DNA from: Candidatus Methanomethylicia archaeon
GTDB taxonomy: Archaea > Thermoproteota > Methanomethylicia > CALHIW01
Length of the DNA stretch: 64,000 bases
Direction of reading: 5' to 3'
Assembly: GCA_038845975.1 (NCBI GenBank)
Contig: JAWBQF010000002.1
Coordinates: 32,001-96,000, forward strand
The translations under genes were made by a program, and so were the position numbers. The notes under the pieces were generated by a model, which saw nothing but the letters and a program-made list of their open reading frames with translations, made no database searches and was not told where the DNA came from. This document shows, one piece after another, positions 51,361 to 62,286 of the stretch. Numbering within the stretch: the first letter of the stretch is position 1; every line of letters starts with the position of its first letter.

Positions 51361-52077
51361 TTAAAGATGCTCTCTAAGTAACTTCCCATATCCAGTTATT
51401 GATTCATGTATTCCAAGTTTTCTAAGTGTAGCCCACATTGTTGCTTGATTACTTGTAACTACAGGTCTTCCAAAGTCTTTTTCTACAAGCTCTATTACTT
51501 CAATGGTTCTAAAATTCGTGCAACTTACAAATATTCCTTCAGCCTCCTGGGTAAATATCTCCCTTACTAACTTATAAGCTGTAATGGGATTCTGCCTTCC
51601 TATTTCAGTATTTCTTCGAATATTTAATCCCTTGATATTAATAACTTTAAATCCTCTCCCTTCAAGAAACTCCTTCTCCTTAACATTTAGAGAGTCTATG
51701 TAGGGAGTTGCAACAATAATTTTCTTTATCTTAAGCTCTCTTAAGGCCTCAACAACAGCTGTAGCTGTAGCCACTACTGGTAAGCGAGATATCGATTCAA
51801 GTCTGCCTGCTAGCTTTAAATCGAAGTCCAAACCTCCAATAAGGCTTCCAGTAGTACATCCATAGACAAGTATATTTACATCAGCATCCATAAGCTCTCT
51901 AGCAGCTTTCTCAGAATATTTCTCCATTTCCATAAGTTCTTCAGGTATTGCTTCTACAAGACGCATCCTCGCAGTATGTATTGATACTCCTTCAGGAGCC
52001 ATTCTATAAAACTCCGATTCCATTGTTGTATTTGATGATGGAACCATTAGGCCGATTCTAGCCCTCCATCCATACAT
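51361..52077 (-). CDS. Maleate isomerase / Asp-Glu racemase family protein
   Basis: GLMVPSSN, YGCTTG, FVSCTNF, VTSNQA. Confidence 0.9.
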   Translation of the reverse strand: MYGWRARIGLMVPSSNTTMESEFYRMAPEGVSIHTARMRLVEAIPEELMEMEKYSEKAARELMDADVNILVYGCTTGSLIGGLDFDLKLAGRLESISRLPVVATATAVVEALRELKIKKIIVATPYIDSLNVKEKEFLEGRGFKVINIKGLNIRRNTEIGRQNPITAYKLVREIFTQEAEGIFVSCTNFRTIEVIELVEKDFGRPVVTSNQATMWATLRKLGIHESITGYGKLLREHL

Positions 52078-52081
52078 ATCA

Positions 52082-53545
52082 TCACCTAGATGAGAAATAC
52101 ATTTTTAAACACTCTTCTGGAGGCGGCTTCGTAACTGCTGAAATAATGATTGTCAACAGTATGGACACTAGAACACCAACTCCAAACGGCTGTATTCCAT
52201 ATATTCTTGTACCCCATAACATCTGCCAAACTGCAAATACAATAAGCCCACCGAAAACACCACTAATAACCCCCCATTTATTAACTCTCCTCCAGTAAAG
52301 CCCAATCATCATCGGTGCAAAATATAGAACACCGAGAATACCCCAGCAATAAGCTGAAAACTCAATAATTATAGGTAGTGGATATAGTGTTATTAGAGTA
52401 CAAATAATCACTATAACAACAGCAAGAATCCGCGCAACAGCTAACATCCCCCTTTCAGAGAGCTTCAAGTACCTCAGCATATCTATGAATACTATTGAAT
52501 TACATATTTGAACTTCACTATCAATGGTGGACATAGCAGCAGCAAGAAGACAAGCATAAAATAGACCTACAACTATTGAGGGAAAGTATTTTCCAAATAT
52601 GAGAGGCATAATATAGTCAACACTCATACCTTCAGGCATTGTAGGTATAAATATTCTTCCTGCTAATGCTGTAAATGCCATACACGTATATATAATGAAT
52701 AAAATAGGCCAAGCTATAACATACATTTTTAGAGATAAATCTATATTCCTAGCAGCTAGTATCCTCTGAGTATATCTAACATGAGCTGCAACTCCAGGAG
52801 CCCAGTTAAGCCATAGAAACAGCAATGAAATGAATGTATAAGTACCAATAGCAGATGTAAGTAGTCCGCTAGGTGTTGGAGATGCTCCTGGGGTTGGAGG
52901 AGTACTTATTCTTGAAACCATAGTGTAAAGATTTCCAATTCCACCAGTAGTAAGTAAAGCCCATACCCCACCAATTATCAACATCACTGTAAACATAATA
53001 CCTTGAAATATATCAGTATAAGCAACGGAATAGAGTCCACCAGCTATAACGTAAATCAGTATTATAATCATCGATAGAAAAACCCCCTCTTCATAAGCTC
53101 TACCTAAAGCCATACTCCACACAATACCTGTAGACTTTATCTGGACGATAAGTGAAACCATTAATGCTACGACTGTAAGTAAACCTACAAATACTTGGAA
53201 ACCATATGGAAGACCAAACCTAACCTTAAAGTATTCATGCGGAGATATAAGCTTAACCCTTCTGAGTTTTAAAGCTATAAACATACCCATGATACTTCCT
53301 GTAGCCCAAAATACTGGAAGCCAGAGGCCAGACCAGCCACTCCTATATACTAAGCCAGTAAACCCGAATACTGAAACAGCACTAAAATATGTTGCAAAAT
53401 ACGTAAATGTAAGTGGAATTAATCCAAGTCTATGGCCAGCTATTAAGTAATCCTTCGAAGACTTAACATATCTTGCAGCATAGAAACCAATAAGGAGTAC
53501 AATAACAATATAGCTAATCATTATACTTAATATCTCAATACTCAT
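52082..53545 (-). CDS. Sodium:solute symporter (SSS)
   Basis: GGLYSVAYTD..QG, AAAMSTIDS; start MSIE after GAGGTGA. Confidence 0.92.
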   Translation of the reverse strand: MSIEILSIMISYIVIVLLIGFYAARYVKSSKDYLIAGHRLGLIPLTFTYFATYFSAVSVFGFTGLVYRSGWSGLWLPVFWATGSIMGMFIALKLRRVKLISPHEYFKVRFGLPYGFQVFVGLLTVVALMVSLIVQIKSTGIVWSMALGRAYEEGVFLSMIIILIYVIAGGLYSVAYTDIFQGIMFTVMLIIGGVWALLTTGGIGNLYTMVSRISTPPTPGASPTPSGLLTSAIGTYTFISLLFLWLNWAPGVAAHVRYTQRILAARNIDLSLKMYVIAWPILFIIYTCMAFTALAGRIFIPTMPEGMSVDYIMPLIFGKYFPSIVVGLFYACLLAAAMSTIDSEVQICNSIVFIDMLRYLKLSERGMLAVARILAVVIVIICTLITLYPLPIIIEFSAYCWGILGVLYFAPMMIGLYWRRVNKWGVISGVFGGLIVFAVWQMLWGTRIYGIQPFGVGVLVSILLTIIISAVTKPPPEECLKMYFSSR

Positions 53546-53546
53546 A

Positions 53547-53663
53547 CTATTCACCTCTAATAAGCTCGCCAAATCTCTTTCTAATTATATAGTATATAGG
53601 GATTGGAACAATGCAACATATAAGGAAAAATATCATTAAAGCTATGAAGTCTCCCATTCTTAA
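53547..53663 (-). CDS. Small single-TM protein preceding the symporter (29-38 aa, below ORF-track cutoff)
   Basis: Open frame LEWGDFIALMIFFLICCIVPIPIYYIIRKRFGELIRGE*; stop ends 1 nt before the symporter ATG. Confidence 0.6.
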   Translation of the reverse strand, partial: LRMGDFIALMIFFLICCIVPIPIYYIIRKRFGELIRGE

Positions 53664-53942
53664 CTACACCTCTAATATAGACTTTAGAGTTTTACTTAAA
53701 CTTTTCGCTATTTTACTTTGTGACCCAATCTTAAAGTTTGTAGATTCAAGACATGAAGTATGAGGAAGTAAATATTTCTATATATTGTAATATTAATGAT
53801 GTAGATTACGAGAACGGATATCAAGCTATAAACTGTTATTCTATTTGTAGCTTAATCACAAGCATAAATAAAGGGCTTATAAGGTATTCGTGACAGTAGA
53901 TAGGTTTATATGGTGGGTAACTGTAAGCTAGATTGATTAGAT

Positions 53943-54728
53943 ATGTATTCTAGAGTTTGGCTTCATGAGATGACTTGGCCTGATGTTGAGGATGCTTTAT
54001 CTAAAGGTAGAGATGTTGTTATTATTCCTATTGGTAGTGTTGAGCAGCATGGACGTCACTTACCGCTGGGTTCAGATAGCTATGTAGCTATAGCTTTAGC
54101 TGAAGATGCTGCATTAATGACTGGAGCTATAGTTACTCCACCTATATGGTTTGGATGGAGTCCTCATCATATGGCTTTACCTGGAACTATAAGTATAAGA
54201 CCTGAAGTACTTATTGAGTTTCTCCATGATGTTTTATCATCTCTTATAGAGCATGGATTTAGAAAGTTTATAATTGTTAATGGTCATAGAATTGTTAACA
54301 TACCCTGGATGCAGATAGCTGCTGAAAGAGTTCAGAAAGAGTATGGTGTTAAAATCGTTATTTTCGATCCTGCATATATGAGCAGGGAGGTTTCTGATAA
54401 GCTTGGATTTGGTCCTGTAGGGCATGCTGAGGAAATAGAGACCTCACACATACTATTCAAGCTTCCAAATCTAGTACGTATGGAGGAGGCTAAGAACTAT
54501 ATACCGCCTGAAAAAGTACTCTACCATGTTGATCCTAGAGTAAATAGAGATACGTTATGCTATATTCCAAGTAGAAGAGAGGATGTTAAGAAGCTTAAAG
54601 ATATTTCAGGTGGAGCCGTTGGAAAACCTACTGAGGCATCTATTGAAAAGGGTAGGAAATATCATGAATATCTTGTTTCAAGACTTATAGAAGTTATAAA
54701 TATGCTTAAGGGTGCTGGTAATGTTTAG
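53943..54728 (+). CDS. Creatininase family amidohydrolase
   Basis: GSVEQHGRHLPLGSD, NGH, HA..ETS. Confidence 0.9.
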   Translation: MYSRVWLHEMTWPDVEDALSKGRDVVIIPIGSVEQHGRHLPLGSDSYVAIALAEDAALMTGAIVTPPIWFGWSPHHMALPGTISIRPEVLIEFLHDVLSSLIEHGFRKFIIVNGHRIVNIPWMQIAAERVQKEYGVKIVIFDPAYMSREVSDKLGFGPVGHAEEIETSHILFKLPNLVRMEEAKNYIPPEKVLYHVDPRVNRDTLCYIPSRREDVKKLKDISGGAVGKPTEASIEKGRKYHEYLVSRLIEVINMLKGAGNV

Positions 54729-56805
54729 GATTGGTATAGATATTGGAGGGACATTTACGGATCTAGTTGCAATAAATGATGAAACAGGAGAACTTATAAA
54801 TATTAAGGTTCCAACAACACCTAGAAACCCAGTTACTGGAGTTATAGATGCATTCAACAAATTCTTTAAGATGGAGAAAAATCCAAATATAGAAATATTA
54901 ATTCACGCAACAACAATAGCTACAAATGCTCTTCTAGGTCAGGCTGAACTAAATCTACCTAAAGCTGCATTAATAACTACATTTGGATTTAAGGATATAG
55001 TTGAGATTGGTAGACAGAGAAGAGCTGAACTATACAATTTATTCTTCCAGAAGCCTAAACAGCTTATTCCACGTAAGTATAGATTTGAAGTTAGGGAGAG
55101 AATAGATGCATACGGCAATGTAGTTACTTCACTTAATGTTGAGGATGTTAAACACATTATTGATAAGATTAAAAGCGAGGATATCGAGGCTGTAGCTATA
55201 TGCTTCCTAAACTCCTATATTAATCCAATTCATGAGATTAAGGTTAAGGAGATGATTTTAGAGACACTACCACATTTAAACATTTCATGTTCATCAGAAG
55301 TTGTAAAGGAATATAGAGAATATGAAAGATTTAGTACTGCAATTGTAAATGTTTTATTAATTCCTATAGTATCTAGATATCTAGGAATGCTTAGCAATGA
55401 GTTAAGGAGGATAAATGTTTCAGCTCCCCTCTTCGTTATGCAGTCTAGTGGTGGAATGGCTTCAGTAGAGTATGCATCAATGAAGCCTGTAGCAATTATT
55501 GAATCTGGACCAGCAGCAGGAGTTGTTGCATCATCCTTCTATGCTGAGGTATTAGGAGTTGAGAACATAATAAGTTTTGATATGGGTGGAACAACAGCTA
55601 AAGCTGGAAGTATTAGGAGAGGAATTATAGAGACGACGTTAGAATATGAGGTTGCTGGACGTGTACATAAGGGACGTATGGTTAAGGGAAGCGGATACCC
55701 AGTAAGAGGATGTTTCATAGATTTAGCTGAATGTAGTGCTGGAGGAGGGACAATAGCATGGGTTGATGAAGCTGGAGCATTAAGAGTTGGACCTATAAGT
55801 GCTGGTGCATATCCTGGACCGGCATGCTATGGTTTAGGTGGAAAGAAGCCGACAATTACCGATGCTAATCTAATTCTTGGAAGACTTAACCAGAAATACC
55901 TGTTAAATGGTGAAATGCCTATAAGCATAGATCTATCTAAAAGAGCTATAGAGGAGGAAATTTGTAATAAGCTAAACATATCCATTACTGAAGCTGCTTC
56001 AGGTATTGTAAGAATTATAAATTCAGAAATGGCTAAAATCATTCGTATAGTATCAGTAGAGAGAGGATACGATCCTAGAGAATTTACAATTATTGGGTTT
56101 GGAGGAGCAGGGCCAATGCATGTCTGTGCTCTAGCTGAGGACATAGGGGTAAAGTCAATAGTTATACCTCCAAATCCAGGATTATTCTCAGCTCTCGGAC
56201 TTCTTGTCTCAGACTTCAAATATGAGATTACAGAAGCTGTTATGTCTAAAGCCGATCTAGAAATAGCTAGCAAGCTAGAAAACATATTTAAAAGACTTGA
56301 GGAGAGAGGTTTAGAAACATTAACATCATTCTTTAAAGGAGATATAGCTGTAAATAGATATTTAGATATGAGATATATAGGTCAATCCTACGAGCTTATA
56401 ATACCAACTACAAAACCAGTAAGAAATGAAACAATCATAGAAGCCTTAAAATACTTCCACGATAGACATGAAGAGGCTTACGGATACTCGGCAAGAGAAA
56501 GTGAGGATGTTGAGATAGTGAATGCTAGAGTTGTAGTTACTGGAATTGTTAAGAAGCCTAAGTTTAAGATTATAGATAAAGGTGAAGAAGAACCACCTAT
56601 TGAGAGTATAATTGAGAATAGAAGAGTATTCTTTGAGGAGGTAAACGACTATATTAACTGTAAAGTATTTAGGAGGGAAAAGCTTAAAGATGGAAACATT
56701 ATTAATGGACCTGCTATTATTGAGCAGTATGATGCCACAACAATAATATATCCTAAATGGACTGCTGAAATAGACCGTTATGGTAATATACTAATGAGGT
56801 GTTAA
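54721..56805 (+). CDS. Hydantoinase/oxoprolinase subunit A (ATP-binding)
   Basis: GIDIGGTFTD, HATTIATNA, ESGPAAG, FDMGGTT. Confidence 0.93.
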   Translation: MFRIGIDIGGTFTDLVAINDETGELINIKVPTTPRNPVTGVIDAFNKFFKMEKNPNIEILIHATTIATNALLGQAELNLPKAALITTFGFKDIVEIGRQRRAELYNLFFQKPKQLIPRKYRFEVRERIDAYGNVVTSLNVEDVKHIIDKIKSEDIEAVAICFLNSYINPIHEIKVKEMILETLPHLNISCSSEVVKEYREYERFSTAIVNVLLIPIVSRYLGMLSNELRRINVSAPLFVMQSSGGMASVEYASMKPVAIIESGPAAGVVASSFYAEVLGVENIISFDMGGTTAKAGSIRRGIIETTLEYEVAGRVHKGRMVKGSGYPVRGCFIDLAECSAGGGTIAWVDEAGALRVGPISAGAYPGPACYGLGGKKPTITDANLILGRLNQKYLLNGEMPISIDLSKRAIEEEICNKLNISITEAASGIVRIINSEMAKIIRIVSVERGYDPREFTIIGFGGAGPMHVCALAEDIGVKSIVIPPNPGLFSALGLLVSDFKYEITEAVMSKADLEIASKLENIFKRLEERGLETLTSFFKGDIAVNRYLDMRYIGQSYELIIPTTKPVRNETIIEALKYFHDRHEEAYGYSARESEDVEIVNARVVVTGIVKKPKFKIIDKGEEEPPIESIIENRRVFFEEVNDYINCKVFRREKLKDGNIINGPAIIEQYDATTIIYPKWTAEIDRYGNILMRC

Positions 56806-56806
56806 A

Positions 56807-58531
56807 ATGGTAGACGTAGTAACTGTTGAAGTTATAAGAGGAGCATTAATATATGCAGCTGAGGAAATGGGTATTTCACTAAGAAATTCGTCATATTCAC
56901 CGAACATTAAGGAGAGAATGGATCACTCCTGTGCTATCTTCAATCCAGATCTAAAACTTATAGCTCAAGCTGAACATATACCAGCACATTTAGGATCCAT
57001 GCCTTACGGTGTAAGGAGAGGAGTTGAAACATATGAAGGGGAGCTTAAAGATGGAGATATACTTCTCTATAATGATCCATATATTAGTGGAACACATCTA
57101 CCAGATATAACTCTTGTAGCGCCTGTATACTTCAATAACAGTATTATTGCTTATGTAGCTAATAAAGCCCATCATTCAGACGTTGGAGGTAAAGCTCCTG
57201 GAAGTATGCCTGGAGATGCTTCAGAGCTATTCCAGGAGGGAGTAATTATACCACCAGTAAAATTCGTTAAGAATGGAGAGGTAGATAATGAAATTCTTAA
57301 AATCATTCTAAGTAATGTTCGTGAACCCTATATAAGAAAGGGGGATTTAAGAGCACAGGTAGCTGCAAATATGCTTGGAATACGTAGAATTAGAGAAATA
57401 TGCTCTAAATATGGAGTTAAAACATTTAATGAAGCTATCGATAAGATAATAGAGTATTCAGAACGTAGATTAAGAAGGGAAATAGCGAAAATACCTAAAG
57501 GAATATATGAAGCTGAAGACTGGATGGAGAGTATAGGGGTTAGAGAGGAGAAAGCAAGAATAAAGGTTAAGATTAAAGTGGAGGAGGATAAAGTAGGATT
57601 CGATTATACAGGTACAAGCCAACAGGTAGATGGACCTATAAATGCAGCCTATGGGGTAGCAGTAGCAGGAATATACTACACATTACTTTGTGTTACAGAT
57701 CCTGAAATACCAATGAATGAGGGATGCTTTAATCCAGTATCAATACACATACCTGAAGGAACAATACTAAACCCTAAAAAACCAGCTCCAGTAAGTGGTG
57801 GAAATACTGAAACATCCCAGAGAAATGTAGACACATTACTAAAAGCATTCTCCAAGGCAATACCGAATAAGGTATGTGCAGCATGCACTGGATCAATGAA
57901 TAACGTAGCTTTCGGAGGAATTGATGAATATGGAAGGACATGGGCATTCTACGAGACAATAGCTGGAGGCTATGGCGGGAGATATGGGCTTGACGGAGTT
58001 GATGCTATACATACCCACATGACGAACACGATGAATACACCTATAGAAGCTATTGAGAGAAACTATCCAGTACTCTTCCTAAAGTATGAAGTTAGAGAAG
58101 GAGGATGTGGAGCAGGTAAATGGAGAGGTGGATGTGGAGTTGAAAGAGCATGGAAACTCTTAGCACCATTAGCAACCCTATCAATAGTTTCAGAGAGGCA
58201 TGAAATACCTCCATGGGGTCTCCTTGGAGGAAAAGATGGAAAAACAGGGGAAGCATTCATAATTAAAGCTAATGGTGAAGTAGTAAAGCTAAAATCAAAG
58301 CAAACAGTTAGAATGGAGAAGGAAGATATATTCATAATAAGAACAGCTGGCGGTGGAGGATATGGAGACCCGTTAGAAAGAGATCCTGAACAAGTCCTCA
58401 TAGACCTAGAAAATAAATACATAACACCAGAGCAGGCAATTAGAGATTATGGTGTAGTAATTATAGATGGAAAAATAGACTATGAGGAAACATATAGGCT
58501 AAGAAGAAAACTAAGAGTAGATAAAAAATAA
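56807..58531 (+). CDS. Hydantoinase/oxoprolinase subunit B
   Basis: SPNIKERMD, NDPY..GTHLPD, AHHSDVGG, NTPIE, GGGGYGDP. Confidence 0.93.
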   Translation: MVDVVTVEVIRGALIYAAEEMGISLRNSSYSPNIKERMDHSCAIFNPDLKLIAQAEHIPAHLGSMPYGVRRGVETYEGELKDGDILLYNDPYISGTHLPDITLVAPVYFNNSIIAYVANKAHHSDVGGKAPGSMPGDASELFQEGVIIPPVKFVKNGEVDNEILKIILSNVREPYIRKGDLRAQVAANMLGIRRIREICSKYGVKTFNEAIDKIIEYSERRLRREIAKIPKGIYEAEDWMESIGVREEKARIKVKIKVEEDKVGFDYTGTSQQVDGPINAAYGVAVAGIYYTLLCVTDPEIPMNEGCFNPVSIHIPEGTILNPKKPAPVSGGNTETSQRNVDTLLKAFSKAIPNKVCAACTGSMNNVAFGGIDEYGRTWAFYETIAGGYGGRYGLDGVDAIHTHMTNTMNTPIEAIERNYPVLFLKYEVREGGCGAGKWRGGCGVERAWKLLAPLATLSIVSERHEIPPWGLLGGKDGKTGEAFIIKANGEVVKLKSKQTVRMEKEDIFIIRTAGGGGYGDPLERDPEQVLIDLENKYITPEQAIRDYGVVIIDGKIDYEETYRLRRKLRVDKK

Positions 58532-58532
58532 T

Positions 58533-60056
58533 TTATTTTTTATAGATTTCCTCCTCTAGCAGCTTATGAAACTTCTCTATTTTCTCCGGTGAGGGAGGCT
58601 TAGTAAATAGACTAACAATAAATGTAATTACTATATTTATCAGGAATGCAATCATACCTCCATGAAATCCAAAGGGTCTATACAGCCAAGCTGGAAGACC
58701 TAATCTCCCAGTAAACTCAGTAACTATCACTATTATTGAGCCGATAATAATCCCAGTAATTACAGCTGCTTTAGTTACCTTAAATCTTCTTGTAGGATAT
58801 ATAGCTCCTATTGTTGCTGGAAGTAATTGTAGAGTTCCAGCTCCTGCAAATGCAACTATGTCAAATATTATTCCAGGTCTATATATAGCAAGCCATGCTG
58901 AAAGTATGAAGGCAATAGCTATAAATATCCTACCAATATTTATTAGTGTTTTATCTGATGCTTTAGGATTAATTTTCTGATAAATATCTCTAGTTAAAAC
59001 AAGACTGAAAGCATGGAATTGACTATCCATAGTTGACATAGCTGCAGCTGCAGCACCAGCTAATAATACTCCTGTAAACCATGGTGGGGCAAACTTTGTA
59101 AGCATTGCAGGCAGCGTTGCATCTACTGTTCCATATGTTTTAACAATTTCAGGCATTAATCCCTTAACTACAGCTGCAGCCGCTGTAAATCCAATGAGAG
59201 CTGCAGGAATATATATAAACATTAAGTATAGAGGTGTTGTTGCACCAAGCCACTTCAACGTTTTCGGATCACGAGCAGTATAGTATCTAACCCATAAGTG
59301 TGGCTGTAATACAATCCCGAAGGAGAAGACAAACGTCATACTTAACCAGTACGTGTAAGGTACATTAATGGTTAAAAGTGTTGGTTTTTCAGTAGCTAAG
59401 ATACTAAATACTTCAGCTATCCCACCCTTAAATACCGTAAATGCTAAGAATAATCCAGCCACCCATAAAGCAACAAACATCCATATTCCTTGGAAAACAT
59501 CAGTCCAATATACAGCTCTTAAACCACCTGTCAAGCAGTATAGAGCTGTAAAAAGGCTTAAAGCTATCATTCCATAAGTATAGGGGATAACATTTTCACT
59601 AGCAACACTTATAATGTATCCTAAACCCATAGCCTGCACTACTATGTATGGTACTAGAAATATAGCCATGATTATAGCTACGAGAAAACCTATAAAGCGG
59701 CTATCATAGAAGTCGGAGAGTAGATCGCTTGGAGTCATATAGCCATACTTCTTCCCAAGTATCCAGAACCTATAACCTAATATATATGAGCATAAACCTG
59801 TGAGGAAGGTCCATGTACCAGCATCCCAGAAAAACACTCCAGTACCATAAAAAGTACCACAAGACGTAAGTATAGCATATGCGCTATGATATGTAGCTAC
59901 AATAGTTAGGTAAAGCACAAAGAAGCCTGCAAGACGACTTATAAGAAAATAATCCTCAATATTTACTCTCAATCTCCTAAATGCTAAAACTCCAAGCATC
60001 CCTACAAGGATAATGTAGGCAAGTATTATTGATGTGGATATAATCCATGCCTCCAT
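58533..60056 (-). CDS. Sodium:solute symporter (PutP/PanF-like)
   Basis: GGLRAVYWTD..QG, AAAMSTMDS; start MEAW after AGGTGA. Confidence 0.92.
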   Translation of the reverse strand: MEAWIISTSIILAYIILVGMLGVLAFRRLRVNIEDYFLISRLAGFFVLYLTIVATYHSAYAILTSCGTFYGTGVFFWDAGTWTFLTGLCSYILGYRFWILGKKYGYMTPSDLLSDFYDSRFIGFLVAIIMAIFLVPYIVVQAMGLGYIISVASENVIPYTYGMIALSLFTALYCLTGGLRAVYWTDVFQGIWMFVALWVAGLFLAFTVFKGGIAEVFSILATEKPTLLTINVPYTYWLSMTFVFSFGIVLQPHLWVRYYTARDPKTLKWLGATTPLYLMFIYIPAALIGFTAAAAVVKGLMPEIVKTYGTVDATLPAMLTKFAPPWFTGVLLAGAAAAAMSTMDSQFHAFSLVLTRDIYQKINPKASDKTLINIGRIFIAIAFILSAWLAIYRPGIIFDIVAFAGAGTLQLLPATIGAIYPTRRFKVTKAAVITGIIIGSIIVIVTEFTGRLGLPAWLYRPFGFHGGMIAFLINIVITFIVSLFTKPPSPEKIEKFHKLLEEEIYKK

Positions 60057-60064
60057 AATCTCAC

Positions 60065-60292
60065 CTAGGGCCTCCAGACAAATAAAGCTGTAACTATAAC
60101 TCCAATAGCCATCAGTACATACCAGAATGTTAGCCAAAAGTATATGAATGGGAATCCGCTGATGAAAGGCTCGATTCTATTAGCCCAGCTTAATACAGGC
60201 CATTCAACCATTATGAAGCATATGAGGACCCATAATAGCATTACTAAGCCCTTCAAAGTTCTCGGAAATAAGTGTGTTCTTTCTGCACACAC
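60065..60292 (-). CDS. Small membrane protein (DUF3311-like) paired with the symporter
   Basis: WP..WANRIEPFISGFPFIYFW; immediately upstream of the SSS gene. Confidence 0.82.
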   Translation of the reverse strand: MCAERTHLFPRTLKGLVMLLWVLICFIMVEWPVLSWANRIEPFISGFPFIYFWLTFWYVLMAIGVIVTALFVWRP

Positions 60293-60843
60293 AAAATCTA
60301 AATATACTACTAATATTTAAATCTTATTAGGAAGCTAAGAGAATTCATATAGGTCTGGTTTTATCAGTCCTAGAAACTCCCATTCTCTACATGTAAATGT
60401 ATTTGCAGCTTAAGCCCATACGTAAGCAACCTCCTTGATAAGGCTTAAAACAACATACATAATCCTACCATCTATGTTAGCAGCATCATAAACAATACAA
60501 TTCTAACCTCTCCTCTACTAAGCTCATAATAAAGAGTAAATATATTCTCCCCCAACAAACTTAACAGTTTAACCATTGTTTCACCATAGGCAAGGAGAGA
60601 GTATCAAATAGAGCTAGAGTTTACAAGGCTTTTTAAAGATTAATTTCGGTTTTGATTATATATTTAGTAATAAAGGACTCTAGATATGTGTACATAGCAA
60701 TACCTTAATTAGTAGCATATGAATATTCATAAATAAAATCGATAAATTAATAATTCAGCTTAATAGACTGGAACCTACACAATATTTATAATATGGGATT
60801 TTTATTAGAATTTTCTTAAATAAAGAGGTAAAAAATGGTAGTA

Positions 60844-62232
60844 TTATTTTAGTTCAGGAGGTATTTCAAGTTTTGCTTCTGCATATTCTTTAGGCCATAT
60901 TACAGTGCTTTTTCCACCTTTCCATTGTAGAAGTGGGAAGAAGAAGTGGTCTTTATCAACGAAGACCTCCATATAATGTACAGTGCCCGTTGGTCCTGGA
61001 GTTTCAACTTCTTTGTTAAACTTAATCCCCATGAATAGCCCACGATAATCCATTCCTAGTAATGTATCTCTTAACTTATCAGGATTTAATGTGCCTGCCT
61101 TATTTAAACCTTCTATTAACATACAGAAATTGTCATGAGCCCAGTATCCGGAAACAACTACTGATGGCTCGTAACCATATTTAGCCTTAAACTTTGATAA
61201 CCAATCTTTCTGCTCCTTGGTTAATGCTACACAACCATCCATGCTAAGTACATAGTCTGAAGCCTCTTTAAGAGTTGGATACCACTCATCAGGTGAGAAC
61301 CATCCTATACCGAATACTCCTTTAAATGCTTTGATTTTCATCTCGTATGCTTGCTTTAGAAATGCGTTCATACTTGGTAGGCTTGTAGATACGATATAGA
61401 CAAGGCTTACATCAGCGTCCTTGTATTTCGATATGAATGGTGTAAACTCGGTTTCTGGTGGGGAGAGAGTGAAAACATCATAGTAAACAACAGTCCAACC
61501 ATATTTTTCAAGAGCTGCCTTTAAAGCATCTCCCATACCTCTACCATAGTCTGTTTCCTCAACAATTACCGCTGCCTTCTTATTCCTTAATGTATACCCT
61601 ATATCCTTTATAACTTCTTCGAAAGCTGGTACAAATAGGCTTCCATAGAGAGGTGGACATGGCCAGCTCTTAAACCAATACTTGCTTTCAGGAGGATTCT
61701 TTATTCTCTCATAGCATAGGAATTGAGTTTCACCCACATCTCCAAAATGTATTTTTCCATATTTAGTAGATATCTTATATAATGCCATAGCAACTGAGCT
61801 ATGCCAATTCCACCCAAGTATATCAACCCCCAGCCTTACTATAGCATCCTCATATGCTTTAACAGCTTCAGCAGGATCCGACTTACTATCAAGCCATATA
61901 AGCTCTATATCTCTAAGCTTTCCATCAACTAGAATAGGAATTTTTCCTGCAGCTTTAAGCTCTGCATAGGTAAACTCTATAGCATCCTTAAACTCCTTAC
62001 CAGTTCTAGCAGCAGGACCAGTTAATGGGGGAATAAATGCTATCTTGATAGGGGGACCGACAGGAGTAGTAACAGGAGTAGGAGATGTAGGGGATGTAGG
62101 AGTAGTAACAGGAGTAGGAGTGGTTGGTTTAGGAGCTGTAGCAAAGTAGTATGCTAAGGCTGCAATAATTATTATTATAACAATTGCTATAGCTATATAT
62201 GGTACCTTCCCAGAGGATTTACCTCTACTCAT
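60844..62232 (-). CDS. Liv-type ABC substrate-binding protein with Pro/Thr linker
   Basis: TM anchor, PTTPTPVTTPTSPTSPTPVTTP linker, PLTGPAA..G, EETDYG. Confidence 0.88.
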   Translation of the reverse strand: MSRGKSSGKVPYIAIAIVIIIIIAALAYYFATAPKPTTPTPVTTPTSPTSPTPVTTPVGPPIKIAFIPPLTGPAARTGKEFKDAIEFTYAELKAAGKIPILVDGKLRDIELIWLDSKSDPAEAVKAYEDAIVRLGVDILGWNWHSSVAMALYKISTKYGKIHFGDVGETQFLCYERIKNPPESKYWFKSWPCPPLYGSLFVPAFEEVIKDIGYTLRNKKAAVIVEETDYGRGMGDALKAALEKYGWTVVYYDVFTLSPPETEFTPFISKYKDADVSLVYIVSTSLPSMNAFLKQAYEMKIKAFKGVFGIGWFSPDEWYPTLKEASDYVLSMDGCVALTKEQKDWLSKFKAKYGYEPSVVVSGYWAHDNFCMLIEGLNKAGTLNPDKLRDTLLGMDYRGLFMGIKFNKEVETPGPTGTVHYMEVFVDKDHFFFPLLQWKGGKSTVIWPKEYAEAKLEIPPELK

Positions 62233-62286
62233 AAGAGTCCATACTTAAGTACAAAACTAACTTATAAATCTATCCACTGAAATTAT

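Noticed and set aside
62060-62125. CRISPR-like or mobile repeat
   Set aside because: It encodes the Pro/Thr linker of the binding protein; no repeat-spacer array was seen anywhere in the window.
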